A stretch of DNA of 64,000 nucleotides from Spirochaetia bacterium (GTDB lineage Bacteria > Spirochaetota > Spirochaetia > DSM-16054 > Sediminispirochaetaceae). The stretch lies in the NCBI GenBank assembly GCA_034520965.1, contig JAXHMY010000003.1, positions 64,001 through 128,000 of the forward strand, read 5' to 3'. Below are positions 28,239 to 39,279 of this stretch, in pieces (position 1 is the first letter of the stretch; each line of letters starts with the position of its first letter). A program made the position numbers and the translations under genes. The notes beneath the pieces were generated by a model, which saw only the letters and a program-made list of their open reading frames with translations, did no database searches and had not been told where the DNA came from.

Positions 28239-28321
28239 TATAATTGTAAGATATTATACATTTTTGAAATTGTGGCTGATTTAATGTGAATACAATAACA
28301 TAAATTAAGCAAGGAGTTTTT

Positions 28322-30301
28322 ATGTCAAAGAAAAAGATTGTTGTGCTTGGAGGCGGTTACGGGGGTATCGCTGCTACAAAGAAGCTTTACAAGAAATACA
28401 AAAAGAACCCTAACGTAGAGATTACCCTGATCGACCGTAATCCCTACCATACCCTCATGACCGAACTTCACGAGGTAGCCGGTTCGAGGGTAGAAGCGGA
28501 TTCTGTTCAGGTAAGTTTTCAGCGGATTTTCGGGGGTACGAATGTGAAGCTCATCACCGATACCATTAAAGATATCGATTTTGATAATAACACCCTAAAA
28601 TCCGATCTTCGCAGTTACAGCTACGACTATCTAGTCATAGGCGCAGGAGGCGAACCGGAGTTTTTTGATATTCCGGGGGTACAGGAAAACTCCTTCACTA
28701 TCTGGTCCTTTGACGATGCGATACGACTGCGTAATCAGATAGAGGACCGCTTCATGGAAGCAGCCCGTGAGCCTGACGAAGCTAAACGGCGGCGTATTCT
28801 TACCTTTGTTGTAGCCGGTGCCGGGTTTACCGGTGTAGAACTGGCCGGGGAGATCCTCGAACGTAAGAAGACCCTTTGCCGCGAGTATCACCTCAAAGAG
28901 CATGAGGTGCGGGTACTCATTGTAGAGGCCCTGGATACTATCCTGCCGATACTGCCGGCCAAGATGCAAAACAAGGCCGAACGCTATCTGCGTAAAAAGG
29001 GTGCCGAGATAATGACCGAGGCTCCCGTAGTCGGGGCTGAAGAGGGAACCGTAAAACTTTCAGACGACCGCAGTATTGAAACCGACACCTTTATCTGGAC
29101 ATGTGGTATTCACGGCTCGGAGTTTACCGCCCGTATACCACTTACCAAGGGACAAACCGCCAAAGGAGAGTGTTCCTACGCATCTTCCGAGGGTATTCAC
29201 GGTATGGCCGGATGCCGACTGGAAGATGAGGAACGTTATATCGTTGGGGAACGCGGCCGGATTCTGGTTGATGAAGAGATGAAGTCGGTAGACCACGCAA
29301 ATGTATACCTGGTCGGTGATATCATCTGGTACCTTGATAACGAGAAGGTAGTACCCCAAATTGTCGAAACTGCACTGCAGACCGGAGAGGTTGCAGGAGA
29401 AAATATCATTGCCGATATTGAGCAGAAGGAACCCAAGAAGTTCAAACCCAACTATCATGGTTTTATGGTCAGCATTGGCGGACGCTACGGAGTAGCCCAC
29501 GTTGTAGGAATGTCAATGTCGGGTATGTTCGCTATGGCAATGAAGCACATGATAAACCTGCACTACTTGTTCGGCATTGCCGGTGTAAATGCAGTCTGGC
29601 GCTATCTGCAGCATGAGTTTTTTACTATTAAAGAGCGCCGTTCATTTATCGGCGGACATTTAGCCGCCAAGGTACCTATTTACTGGACTGTTCCTCTGCG
29701 ACTGTTTTTAGGTGGAAAGTGGCTCTACGAAGGTATTAAGCACATCGGCGATGGTTGGCTTAACCCCGGAGACGGCGGCCTGGCCGAAGTCTGGACCGGA
29801 GCTATCAAGCTTCCTGGGGTAGTGTTTGAAGATGCAGCTTCCTCCGCCACCGGAGCTGATGCCGGATCCGCTGCTACCGGAGCCGCGGCAGAAGGAGCCG
29901 CAGAGGGTGCCGCAGAGTACGGCGAACCACTTATGGAAGCCCTTGGAATATACACCTGGTTTGCAGAGAACGTGCTCAGCGCTTCTCCATTGCTGGCCTT
30001 CCTCCTTCAATCGGCGGTGGTTCTGGGACAAGTTGCGATTGGCTTAGCCCTGATCGGTGGACTGCTTACTTTCCCCGCAGCGATTGTCTCCATCGGGTTT
30101 AGTATCATGTTTATTTTCTCCGGCTGGGGAAACCCCGAACTGCTATGGTACATTATGGTGTCCATCGTGATGTTGGGCGGTGCCGGTCGCGGATTCGGAC
30201 TGGATCACTGGGTAATGCCCTGGTTGAAACATCAGTGGAACGGCACTAAGCTGGCCCAAAAGACCCATCTTTATGATGGCGAGCCGGTAATTAAAGAGTA
30301 A
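28322..30301 (+). CDS. Type II NADH dehydrogenase with C-terminal DoxD/DoxX-like membrane domain
   Basis: VVLGGGYGG, VAGAGFTGVELAGE, YLVGD; C-terminal LRLFLGGKWLYEG...GAGRGFGLD. Confidence 0.88.
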   Translation: MSKKKIVVLGGGYGGIAATKKLYKKYKKNPNVEITLIDRNPYHTLMTELHEVAGSRVEADSVQVSFQRIFGGTNVKLITDTIKDIDFDNNTLKSDLRSYSYDYLVIGAGGEPEFFDIPGVQENSFTIWSFDDAIRLRNQIEDRFMEAAREPDEAKRRRILTFVVAGAGFTGVELAGEILERKKTLCREYHLKEHEVRVLIVEALDTILPILPAKMQNKAERYLRKKGAEIMTEAPVVGAEEGTVKLSDDRSIETDTFIWTCGIHGSEFTARIPLTKGQTAKGECSYASSEGIHGMAGCRLEDEERYIVGERGRILVDEEMKSVDHANVYLVGDIIWYLDNEKVVPQIVETALQTGEVAGENIIADIEQKEPKKFKPNYHGFMVSIGGRYGVAHVVGMSMSGMFAMAMKHMINLHYLFGIAGVNAVWRYLQHEFFTIKERRSFIGGHLAAKVPIYWTVPLRLFLGGKWLYEGIKHIGDGWLNPGDGGLAEVWTGAIKLPGVVFEDAASSATGADAGSAATGAAAEGAAEGAAEYGEPLMEALGIYTWFAENVLSASPLLAFLLQSAVVLGQVAIGLALIGGLLTFPAAIVSIGFSIMFIFSGWGNPELLWYIMVSIVMLGGAGRGFGLDHWVMPWLKHQWNGTKLAQKTHLYDGEPVIKE

Positions 30302-30423
30302 CTCTGTACCGGCCATCTCAGCTCAGCAGCGGGTATTTCCAACTCTATATTCCTATAGCTTCTATAGTAGTATTCATATAGTGGAAATACCCGTCCTGCA
30401 GAGCTTACAATAAAGGACCCCGA

Positions 30424-31416
30424 ATGGTTGATACCCTGTATCAAGATATATCTATAAATGAAGATCTTCGACAGGTGCAGTCGATAATCCGCGCTCAACT
30501 GAACTCCAGCACACCCTTTATACAGGAGGCGCTTACCGAGTTAGTTGAAAACAACGGTAAAATGCTGCGGCCGGCTTTGCTTATACTCGCCGCGCGCTTT
30601 CCCTCTGAAGGAACCGGTTCTGGAGGTGGTTCTGTAGATAAAAGTTCAACCTACCGCTTAGCGGCCGCTGTGGAACTGCTGCATATGGCAACTCTGGTTC
30701 ATGACGACATTATCGATAAGGCGCCTACTCGACGGGGGATCCCCACATTGCATACGCGCTTCGATCCTCGAACAGCTGTGTTATTAGGCGATTTTCTATT
30801 TACCCGCAGTTTTCAAATAGCCTCGCAAGACACCGACATCGAAACCGGCCGTTATATAGCTGGTATTGTAAACTCGATCTGCGAAAGTGAAATACGACAG
30901 CACAATACTTTTACTTTTTACACCACCAGTTTCAAAGAGTATCACCGTCGAATTATGGGCAAAACCGCCGCTCTCTTTGCTCTTTCAGCCTATGTTGGTG
31001 CCCATACAAATGGTGTAGATGAACGGAACAGTAACCGACTTAAAAAAATAGGATATAATCTTGGCGCCGGCTTTCAAATAATCGATGATATCCTCGATTT
31101 TGCTGATCAATCCGAGCGTACCGGGAAAACTACCGGCACAGATATTCGAGAAGGAATTGTAAACCTTCCTTTGCTGTATGCACTTCAACAGGATGACGGC
31201 TCACTGGAAAAGCAGCTCTCCCGCCGACCGAAAAACGGTCGCCGGTTAAAGCAGATTATTACACACACCAAAGAACTGAACGGAATTGAACGAGCCCGGG
31301 CAGTTGCCCAGGCCTATACCCACAAAGCACTCTTTTCAATACAGCAACTACCCGAGGGCGAAGCTCGCGGGTCCTTAGAACAGTTTACCACTTTTCTTCT
31401 TCAACGAAATTACTAA
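30424..31416 (+). CDS. Polyprenyl diphosphate synthase
   Basis: GKMLRP, LVHDDIID..RRG, KTAALF, FQIIDDILD. Confidence 0.93.
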   Translation: MVDTLYQDISINEDLRQVQSIIRAQLNSSTPFIQEALTELVENNGKMLRPALLILAARFPSEGTGSGGGSVDKSSTYRLAAAVELLHMATLVHDDIIDKAPTRRGIPTLHTRFDPRTAVLLGDFLFTRSFQIASQDTDIETGRYIAGIVNSICESEIRQHNTFTFYTTSFKEYHRRIMGKTAALFALSAYVGAHTNGVDERNSNRLKKIGYNLGAGFQIIDDILDFADQSERTGKTTGTDIREGIVNLPLLYALQQDDGSLEKQLSRRPKNGRRLKQIITHTKELNGIERARAVAQAYTHKALFSIQQLPEGEARGSLEQFTTFLLQRNY

Positions 31417-31426
31417 ACTGAAATTA

Positions 31427-32590
31427 CTAAACTAACCGCGATTCACTCTTGTCGCAGTTTAGTCTTCGGTTCAGAATGGCTTTAGTCTCTCCACGCTTAA
31501 AATTCTTGTCGGTAAGCTCAAAACTCGTCCGCAGTCCAGAGGTGGTAAAAACCGTATTATCTTCGGTCACTAAAATCGAGTCCACACCGGGGCGCTGTTC
31601 TGTAAACTCTAGGCCCCTTTTCAGCCCGAGGCCGAATACCAATGTTGATAAAGCATCCGCTTCGGTCGCATCGGCTGAAATAATCGATACACTGGCAAGG
31701 TCTTTTTCAATAGGAAAACCGTCTTCAGTATCGAGGATATGGTGATAACGCACTCCATCTTCCAAAAAGTAGCGCTCGTATTTCCCCGAAGTAACTACCG
31801 CCTTATCTACTAGCTCGACAACTCCTAAATAATTACCTCGAGAATCCTCAGGCGATTGAATCCCAATCTTCCATACAGACTCGTTGTGCTTCTGCCCAAA
31901 GGCATAGACATTTCCGCCTAGGTTTACAATTCCGTACTCAACACCTTGCGACTTGAGGTACTCAACCATTAGGTCGGCGGCGTATCCCTTCGCAATCGCC
32001 CCAAGATCAATCCGCATACCCGGACGCTGCAGATATACCTGCGGCCCCTGTACCTGCTTACTATTTTCTACCGAACTCTGACCTCCCGGTATCAGCTCTA
32101 CGTCCTTGTAGTTTACTTTCTGTAAGGCTGCCTCTATCTCCTCAGCTGAAGGGACGCTCTCTTCTCCTGATCCGATATCCCATAAGTTAACTAAAGGACC
32201 AACAGTCAGATCGAAGATTCCCTCCCCTATCTCAGAGAAATCTTTTGCCCGGGCGATAAGTGTGAAGGTCTCCTCCGAGACTACCACCGGCTCCTGTCCG
32301 GCGTTTCTATTAATCTTCGCCACCTCTGAATCTTCAGTATGAGCGCTCATCTTGTCTTCGATCTCCGTGGCGATCTCGAGCGCCGGAGCTAATTTATCCT
32401 TGTACTCGCTTCCGTAAAGCTGTACTGAACAGGTGGTTCCCAGAGCAAAATCGGTCTCTGAAATGCGTTCCGGACTGCTCTGCCGGCAGCTGGAAAAAGC
32501 TAAAATAAAAAGAGCGGAAAGCAGAAGCCCTCCAAGCACTTTTAGTCGAATGAACTTGTGGGTAGTGCTGGATGAATCAAATATTATCAT
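31427..32590 (-). CDS. apbE: FAD:protein FMN transferase (ApbE/Ftp family) lipoprotein
   Basis: ALGT, FDLTVGPLV.LW, IDLGAIAKGYA, TSGKYERYF, YHHILD, ADALST; FSSC lipobox; start approximate. Confidence 0.93.
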   Translation of the reverse strand: MIIFDSSSTTHKFIRLKVLGGLLLSALFILAFSSCRQSSPERISETDFALGTTCSVQLYGSEYKDKLAPALEIATEIEDKMSAHTEDSEVAKINRNAGQEPVVVSEETFTLIARAKDFSEIGEGIFDLTVGPLVNLWDIGSGEESVPSAEEIEAALQKVNYKDVELIPGGQSSVENSKQVQGPQVYLQRPGMRIDLGAIAKGYAADLMVEYLKSQGVEYGIVNLGGNVYAFGQKHNESVWKIGIQSPEDSRGNYLGVVELVDKAVVTSGKYERYFLEDGVRYHHILDTEDGFPIEKDLASVSIISADATEADALSTLVFGLGLKRGLEFTEQRPGVDSILVTEDNTVFTTSGLRTSFELTDKNFKRGETKAILNRRLNCDKSESRLV

Positions 32591-32823
32591 AGTAGACTTT
32601 TCCTCGGGTATATGTATATTAAGCCTTAAAAAAAACACCACACAGAAGGTGTTTTCAAAGGGCTGAACCTGAGTAAAATATACAACAATCAGATTTATTA
32701 TCCAAGAGGAAAGCTACAATCGTGGGCACTCAAGGGTAATTCAAATTTTGAATTCCTGTTTACAAAGAAACTCACTTGACATAATTGCCATTTTTTAGTA
32801 TCTATATTCATACAGTTAGCCCC

Positions 32824-32895
<72 letters not shown>

Positions 32896-32906
32896 CTTTT
32901 TATTTT

Positions 32907-32943
32907 GCCCTAAATACTTAGTTTTAAGCATTTAGGGCTTTTT
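32907..32943 (+). terminator. Terminator after tRNA-Gly
   Basis: gccctaaatactta...taagcatttagggc followed by a T-run. Confidence 0.8.
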
Positions 32944-33016
32944 CATGTGCATTGCTGTTTTTACGCAGAGGCGCTTGTCCTTTTGTTAAGTTTATATTAA
33001 ATTGCCATGAGAAATT

Positions 33017-34684
33017 ATGGTATTACAACTTTTTGAATTGATCGGCAGTTTGGGTCTGTTTTTATACGGCATGCGCACCATGAGCGACGGCATTCAGAAG
33101 GCTGCCGGCGATAAGTTGCAATCTATTTTGGGCTTTATGACAGGCAACCGTTTTGCAGGTGTAGTAACCGGCTTTGGGATGACAGCCATAGTGCAGTCTT
33201 CATCCGCCACCACCGTGATGGTCGTTAGTTTCGTAAATGCAGGGCTGCTTTCATTAGTTCAGGCCATCGGCGTCATTATGGGTGCGAATATCGGCACCAC
33301 TGTAACCGGATGGATAGTGGCAATCCTTGGCTTTAAGTTCGATATTTCGGCAATCGCTTTACCGGCCATTGGTATTGGCCTCCCACTAATATTCTGGAAA
33401 AGAATCAAGAAAAGCGAATGGGGTGAAACCCTCGTCGGGTTCGGACTCCTGTTCCTAGGCCTCTCCTTTTTAAAAGCATCCGTACCTGAAATCGATGCTC
33501 ATCCCGAATCCTTTCAATTTGTGGTGAACCTCACCGGTTACGGGCTGCTGTCACGTTTTCTGTTTATATTAATCGGGGCCGGTTTAACGGTATTACTGCA
33601 GTCTTCCAGTGCCTCAATGGCCATTACCCTGACCATGGCATTTTCCGGCTGGATTGATTTTCCAAACGCAGCCGCTATGGTATTGGGTGAAAACATTGGA
33701 ACCACCATTACTGCCATGATCGCATCGTTAGGAACTGATGTGCATGCCCGGCGTGCCGCCCTGGCCCATTTAATGTTTAATATACTCGGGATTATCTGGA
33801 TTCAAATACTGTTCTTTCCAATCATCGCTTTAGTTGATAGCTTAGTTCCCGGCTCTATAGACTCAAAAGCCGGCATCACCGCTCATTTGGCAATGTTTCA
33901 TACTACTTTCAATGTTATTAATACTCTGTTTTTTATCAATTTTGTAAATTGGCTCGAGCGCATAGTTAAGCTGCTTATACCACTTCCACCCGCGGAAAAA
34001 GCTCAACCCCATGAGTATCACTTAGAATATATCTCCTATTCCATGCAGGACACACCGGAGCTCAATCTATTAACCGCCAAAGCAGAAATTTTAAAAATGG
34101 CCAAAATAACCGAGCAGATGTACTCCTCCTTCGTATATGTGTTTAATAACCCCACTAAAAAGTTAAAGGATGAAGTTGAGGAGCTCGCCTCTAAAGAGGA
34201 GCTTACCGACCGCATGCAGGAAGAGTTATCACGTTTTCTTGCACACCTGTCAATGGAAAACCTTAAGGCCAGCAGTGCGGAGAATGTAAATCACCTTATG
34301 CGAATCGTACACGAGCTTGAAAGCATAGGCGACAGCTGCTTTAATCTGCTTATTTTATCAAAACGCAGATATGACAAGGAACTTTTTATTCCGGATTCCG
34401 GGCTTGACGGGCTGCGCCCTTATTTAGAAACGGTCCACAGCTACCTTGGTTTCATCATTAAGCATATGAATAAACACCTGAGCTCGCAAGAAATGGAACA
34501 GGCAATTGCTCTGGAGAACCAGGTAGACGGCTATCGCAATACTCTGCAAAAAGCAGCCCGTCACAGAATAAAAGAGGGCTCGGATGTAAAAGCGGAACTT
34601 CTTTACATGGACATGGTTCGACATATAGAGAAAATCGGAGACCATCTACTTAACATCGCCCAGGCCTTGCGAGAAATTCGCTAA
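33017..34684 (+). CDS. Na+/phosphate cotransporter with PhoU-like C-terminal domain
   Basis: QSSSATTVM, GANIGTT, second QSSSAS/GENIGTT repeat, LESIGD and IEKIGDH. Confidence 0.93.
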   Translation: MVLQLFELIGSLGLFLYGMRTMSDGIQKAAGDKLQSILGFMTGNRFAGVVTGFGMTAIVQSSSATTVMVVSFVNAGLLSLVQAIGVIMGANIGTTVTGWIVAILGFKFDISAIALPAIGIGLPLIFWKRIKKSEWGETLVGFGLLFLGLSFLKASVPEIDAHPESFQFVVNLTGYGLLSRFLFILIGAGLTVLLQSSSASMAITLTMAFSGWIDFPNAAAMVLGENIGTTITAMIASLGTDVHARRAALAHLMFNILGIIWIQILFFPIIALVDSLVPGSIDSKAGITAHLAMFHTTFNVINTLFFINFVNWLERIVKLLIPLPPAEKAQPHEYHLEYISYSMQDTPELNLLTAKAEILKMAKITEQMYSSFVYVFNNPTKKLKDEVEELASKEELTDRMQEELSRFLAHLSMENLKASSAENVNHLMRIVHELESIGDSCFNLLILSKRRYDKELFIPDSGLDGLRPYLETVHSYLGFIIKHMNKHLSSQEMEQAIALENQVDGYRNTLQKAARHRIKEGSDVKAELLYMDMVRHIEKIGDHLLNIAQALREIR

Positions 34685-34718
34685 GCCCTCAGCCTTTGGT
34701 ACACATGTCCTTTCACTT

Positions 34719-35564
34719 TTAAGGCGATCCGAAATGTCTTATCGGAAAAGGCTTTGTATCTGATCCTGCGTACAGGGTTATATGCTGGAAGGGTATTTCG
34801 ATTCCTGCCCTTTCGAAGCTGTGTTTTATATCTTCAAAGACGCTGTTTTTTACATTTACATAGTCACTTTTTTCAAACCATACGGCAAATAGTATTTCAA
34901 TCCCCGAAGCTCCAAACTCTTTATACAGAAAAAAAGGTTCAGGCTCGTCTAGACATAATGGATTGGCTTGAGCTGCGTTCAACAACAGCTGCTTTACTCT
35001 TGGCAAGCTCTCTTTATAGGCAACCTGTATCTTAAAATCCATTCTCCGGATAGGAAAGCGGGTAATATTTGTTATTTCGGTAGATATTAGCGAATCATTC
35101 GGTATTCGTATGAGAGTATTATCAAAGGTTCTCAGCTTAATCGACAGCAGATCGAGGGAGTGGACCACCCCCGTTTTAGTCCCAATACTAATTACGTCGC
35201 CTACCTCAAAGGTTTTATCCGACATCAAGAAAAACCCGCTGATAATATTACCTAAACTCTTCTGCGATGCAATACCGACTGCAATTCCAACTACTCCGGC
35301 GGCTCCCAGCAGAGCCGATAAACGTAATCCGAGCTCACTTAAAACCAGCAGAGTAATCAAGGCCCATCCGCCGTAGGTTACAATTTTATGAAAAATGGCC
35401 TTAGCCTGTTCGGATGCATTCCTGGTTAGTGTGCGGCGGACAAAAAAATTCACTACCCTCACAAGCAGAAAACCTACCACTACTACAAGTACAATTTGGA
35501 GAGCTTCATGCAGAACCGCAGCAGTAAAATAGCGCGAAAAGAAATCGTTTTCAAATAAATCCAT
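34719..35564 (-). CDS. Small-conductance mechanosensitive channel (MscS family)
   Basis: LLGAAGVVGIAVGIASQ, FEVGDVI, IRIPN, GIEIPF. Confidence 0.92.
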   Translation of the reverse strand: MDLFENDFFSRYFTAAVLHEALQIVLVVVVGFLLVRVVNFFVRRTLTRNASEQAKAIFHKIVTYGGWALITLLVLSELGLRLSALLGAAGVVGIAVGIASQKSLGNIISGFFLMSDKTFEVGDVISIGTKTGVVHSLDLLSIKLRTFDNTLIRIPNDSLISTEITNITRFPIRRMDFKIQVAYKESLPRVKQLLLNAAQANPLCLDEPEPFFLYKEFGASGIEILFAVWFEKSDYVNVKNSVFEDIKHSFERAGIEIPFQHITLYAGSDTKPFPIRHFGSP

Positions 35565-35576
35565 TATCGGCTGCTC

Positions 35577-36299
35577 CTACATATCCGTCAGTGATTTAAT
35601 AAAAGAAAAGCTTTTCTTCAGCAGACTTTTGGTAGGATGTTCCCGAGGCCCCTTGAGTTTTGTAAGTCCGCTGCTCCACTTGGGTCCGCGAGCCGAGTAT
35701 TTGACCTGGCTTATTTTATCCACCCCGATAAATTTTACATATACTTCGTTGGTATACAATGAATGGCCGTCTGAGAAAAGAGAAAGATGCTCTACATGGA
35801 CCGCCATACGCTGAAAATCGAGGAGTAAATTAGAAGCATTATGAATATTCAAGGTACATACAGCCGAATGAGGCGACAGCGCAACCGCAGGGCGGCTCTC
35901 CAGTAAATCACGCTCCAGGGCATAACACAATTCTCCATTCTGCATTTCACCAAACCACGTCGATGAAAGGACTTCGCTGGGAAGTTCACAAAGCTTATTC
36001 TGTTCCTCCCCGTGGCCCGAATAGAAGAGCAGCCATACGGGAATAAAAAAGAGTAACTGCGTTTTACACCCAGGCTGAATATGGCGTCTCACCTGCGGCT
36101 TTAAGACTAAAGGCCGGTTAGGCATGGCCGGCAGTATGGTAATTTCCTGGATAGATCCGCCGGCATACCAATCCCATTCAATACTGCTATCAGAGGCTTC
36201 CTGCTCAGCAGACAGTTCAACCCATTCGCAGATTTATTCCTTGTGCGCGCAAGCGCGGCGCGGCGATTCCGGCTTCGCCTTTATTCCTGTTTTACCCAT
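35577..36299 (-). CDS. DUF432-like hypothetical protein (5' part frameshifted)
   Basis: PAMPNRPLVLKP, LSSTWFG...GELCY pattern, next to mscS; start approximate. Confidence 0.5.
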
Positions 36300-36325
36300 A
36301 ACTGCAATGTTCTACGATGCGCCGG

Positions 36326-37819
36326 TCATCCCATGTCCTGAATCAGTCTGCAGTACCGTTGCTGCTCTTTTATGCGCTTTTTGCCAGCGCGTGCTGCTTC
36401 CACGTTTATTTGTTTATTAAAGGCAACTCCAGCACTAAGCGAGCTCCCGGCAGAACCTTCGGTTCTTCAAAATCGCTTTTGCCCACCGTGTCTTCAGCGC
36501 CTCTATCATAGCTGCGTTAATCGCAAAACAAAACCACGCTGTAGGTTGCCGCCGGTCCTGCTGTATGCGATAAAAGCGCTCAAATCTTCACGTTCTTCGA
36601 CGGTTGTTACACGCACCTGCTACCGGGACGCTTTATGTGCATTCGTATGCCAAAAGTTTGTGGTATGACCCCATCCTGGGTCTGTTGTTTTACTGCATTC
36701 TTCAGTACATTAGTTATAACCTGTCTAAGTTTATCTCTATCAGCGTATACCTCTACAGGCCTCTCAGGAGTTTTAAACTGTAATTCTATATTTTTTGCAG
36801 CAGCCCTAGTTTTGAAGTTTTCTACGACCGAATGCAACAATTCAGCTATGTCTACCACCGAAAAATTATACATAGTCGATGCTGATTCTGCGTGAGATAG
36901 TTCCTGTAGCTCCTGAACTAATCGTTTAAGAAGCAGGGTTTCACCGTAAAGCCCGTTTATTCGTTCCAGATTCAGTGGATACACCCCCTCCAGCATCATT
37001 TCAAGATTTCCCTGAAGGACGCTCACAGGTGTTCGCAATTCATGTGCAGAATCTGCTGGATTTCCTTTCATTGATAGGGCGGCGGATCATTTCGCGCGGC
37101 ATATGACTGGACTGGGATGATGCCCGGGTCATTAGACCTGGTGGTATCGATTGGCAAGCTGTAGCGCCCCACAGCTATTCCCCGGGCAGCTTCAGACAGC
37201 TGATGCAGGGGATACGTAATGTGACGCCGCATCAAAAAAATACCGGCCAGAGGAAAGACAATCCCTACAATAAGTGAGGCCATAAGTATGGAGCGATACA
37301 CATTCATCAGAAAAGCCTGCTGAAATGGGCCGAAAGCCGGTTCAATCATCGACCCCGCGATCGTCCGCCTAAGCGCGTCGGATGGGCTATTGCCTTATCA
37401 AGGGCACGCTAACCAGAGTGTTGCAGGAAGCTCCTGCTCGAAGGTGTGTGCGATAACCCCGCCTTGCGCTCCGGCCAGCAGAACCCTGAATAACGGGCCT
37501 CGTTCGGAACCGCGGGGAAACCGCGAGCCCATCTGCCCCATGTGTCCCATCTGTCCCATTGGGCTCATTCCCGGCTGGGTGTTTCTACCTCGCTGGTCTA
37601 TGCTGTCAAAGGATTTTTTAGGTCTCCGCCTGCATCCATGGAGCCATATCCGCCATCGTAACTTCCAGCTTCCTGCCAATGATACAGCACTTTGATAGAC
37701 ATGGCGGAACAGTTGAGGAAGCCTGGGTATTTATGCTGATTGTACTGCGAAATTCCGGCACTCAAAACGCTGTGGCGCAGCAAGATCAATCCCAGTTTGT
37801 GGGCTAACCTCAACTTCAT
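36326..37819 (-). pseudogene. HAMP sensor histidine kinase in several frameshifted fragments
   Basis: HELRTP H-box, QVITNVLKNAVK N-box, TM/HAMP fragment PLHQLSEAARGIA; ends approximate. Confidence 0.75.
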
Positions 37820-38500
37820 ACCAGCTCCGATTCTGGCCGGTTTATGCCGCCGCTGCCATCGGTTTCAGCGAAAATAAAAATGGGGTTTGAAGAATCAGGC
37901 TCCAGGGCTTTCCGAATATTTTTGATATGCACGTCTATTGTCCGCTCATACCCTTGAAGCATCATGTTATTACGCTTCGGCATCATGCGGGTAAATATTT
38001 TTCCTGGATACTGCGGCGTGCGTGAGATACTGATTGCCACTCCAGTGGTTGTAGAGATGCATCTCCACCGACGCCTACGTTTTTCAATATCCACTTGGAG
38101 CGGACCATGTTTTATCACTTTTTGCGAGTTTCCATCAGAAGCGTTACTCAGAGGCTTTGACCGGCGCAAGACAGTTCTAATCCTGGCGGCTAACTCTTTC
38201 ATGCTGAAGGGCTTTGTAATGTAATCATCTGCCCCTAGCTCAAGGCCTATTAGCTTGTCCTGCTCTTCGGCTCGCGCCGTAAGCAGTATCACTGGTATGT
38301 TAGACTCGGAGCGCACTTTCCTGACTACATCCAGCCCGTCGAGTCCCGGCATCATAACATCGAGCAGCACTAAATCAGGTTCCCGATCAGCAATCTGCAA
38401 GAGCGCAGCTCTTCCATCTGCTGCTGTTTCAACACTAAAACCAACCGCATCAAGGTAGTCGTACACCATGTTCGCAATTTTTTGTTCATCATGGACTATT
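37816..38500 (-). CDS. OmpR-family response regulator (degraded sequence)
   Basis: LVLLDVMMPGLDG, LGADDYITKPF, ERTIDVHIKNIRK; 5' end unclear. Confidence 0.85.
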
Positions 38501-38850
38501 CGTGATGTGTGGTTTTTTTTTTTTTTGCGGTTTTGAATCCGACGCAGTGTTCCTTACCTTAGATCATCAAAGAGGCTGTCGAACTCCTGTGCGCTGTGTG
38601 TCCGGGTTCTGTTTTTGAGGGGTGCTGCGCTTATGAGCCGCAAGTCGAAAGTAGTCGCAAAAATTAGCCCTGTCTTTATCCCGTACTGCTTCGGGAATTG
38701 TTTCGTGGCGGTCGAGTGGCTTCCGGGGGAGTGGAGGAACTCGCAAATTGAGGCGATATTTTCAGATCTTTGCCGCACTGCGGACACGCACGCTGCCGGC
38801 GATCTGACGGGGGGCTGAAATAGCTTCTCCGCAAAAGTTACAATTTCCCA

Positions 38851-39240
38851 TTAGGCAAATATATTTATGTTCCTTCCTCTGTATTCTTCAGGTTGAGGGC
38901 GTTCCCTCGCCCGCTCTTGTTGCTCAGGCGCAGGCTCCCAGGCGTTTCGCTCACGTTCAACACGTTCTTGTTCGCTGGCACGTCCTCTCACCGAGCCTAG
39001 CGTTCCTCGCTGCTCTTTCTGCTTCGCGACGCATTCTTTCCTCTCGCCGCACCTCTGCACGTCGTTGTTCGGCTTGTCGGCTGGCTGCATCGGAGGCCAT
39101 GCGTGCTTGATCATCATCATCGGATCCGCCTCCTGCTTTAACATGTACACGAATCATCCCAGCAGAAGTCCATATTTATGCCATCGTTTGTAGCGTTAAT
39201 TATGCTCGCTTACTTTGCCCCATTATCCTGGTAGTCAATA
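38851..39240 (-). pseudogene. Small charged helical hypothetical protein in frameshifted fragments
   Basis: R/E/A-rich fragments in two frames ending ...EEYRGRNINIFA. Confidence 0.35.
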
Positions 39241-39279
39241 TGGCATCGGCATCCAGGATAAGCAAATCCATAGATCATC

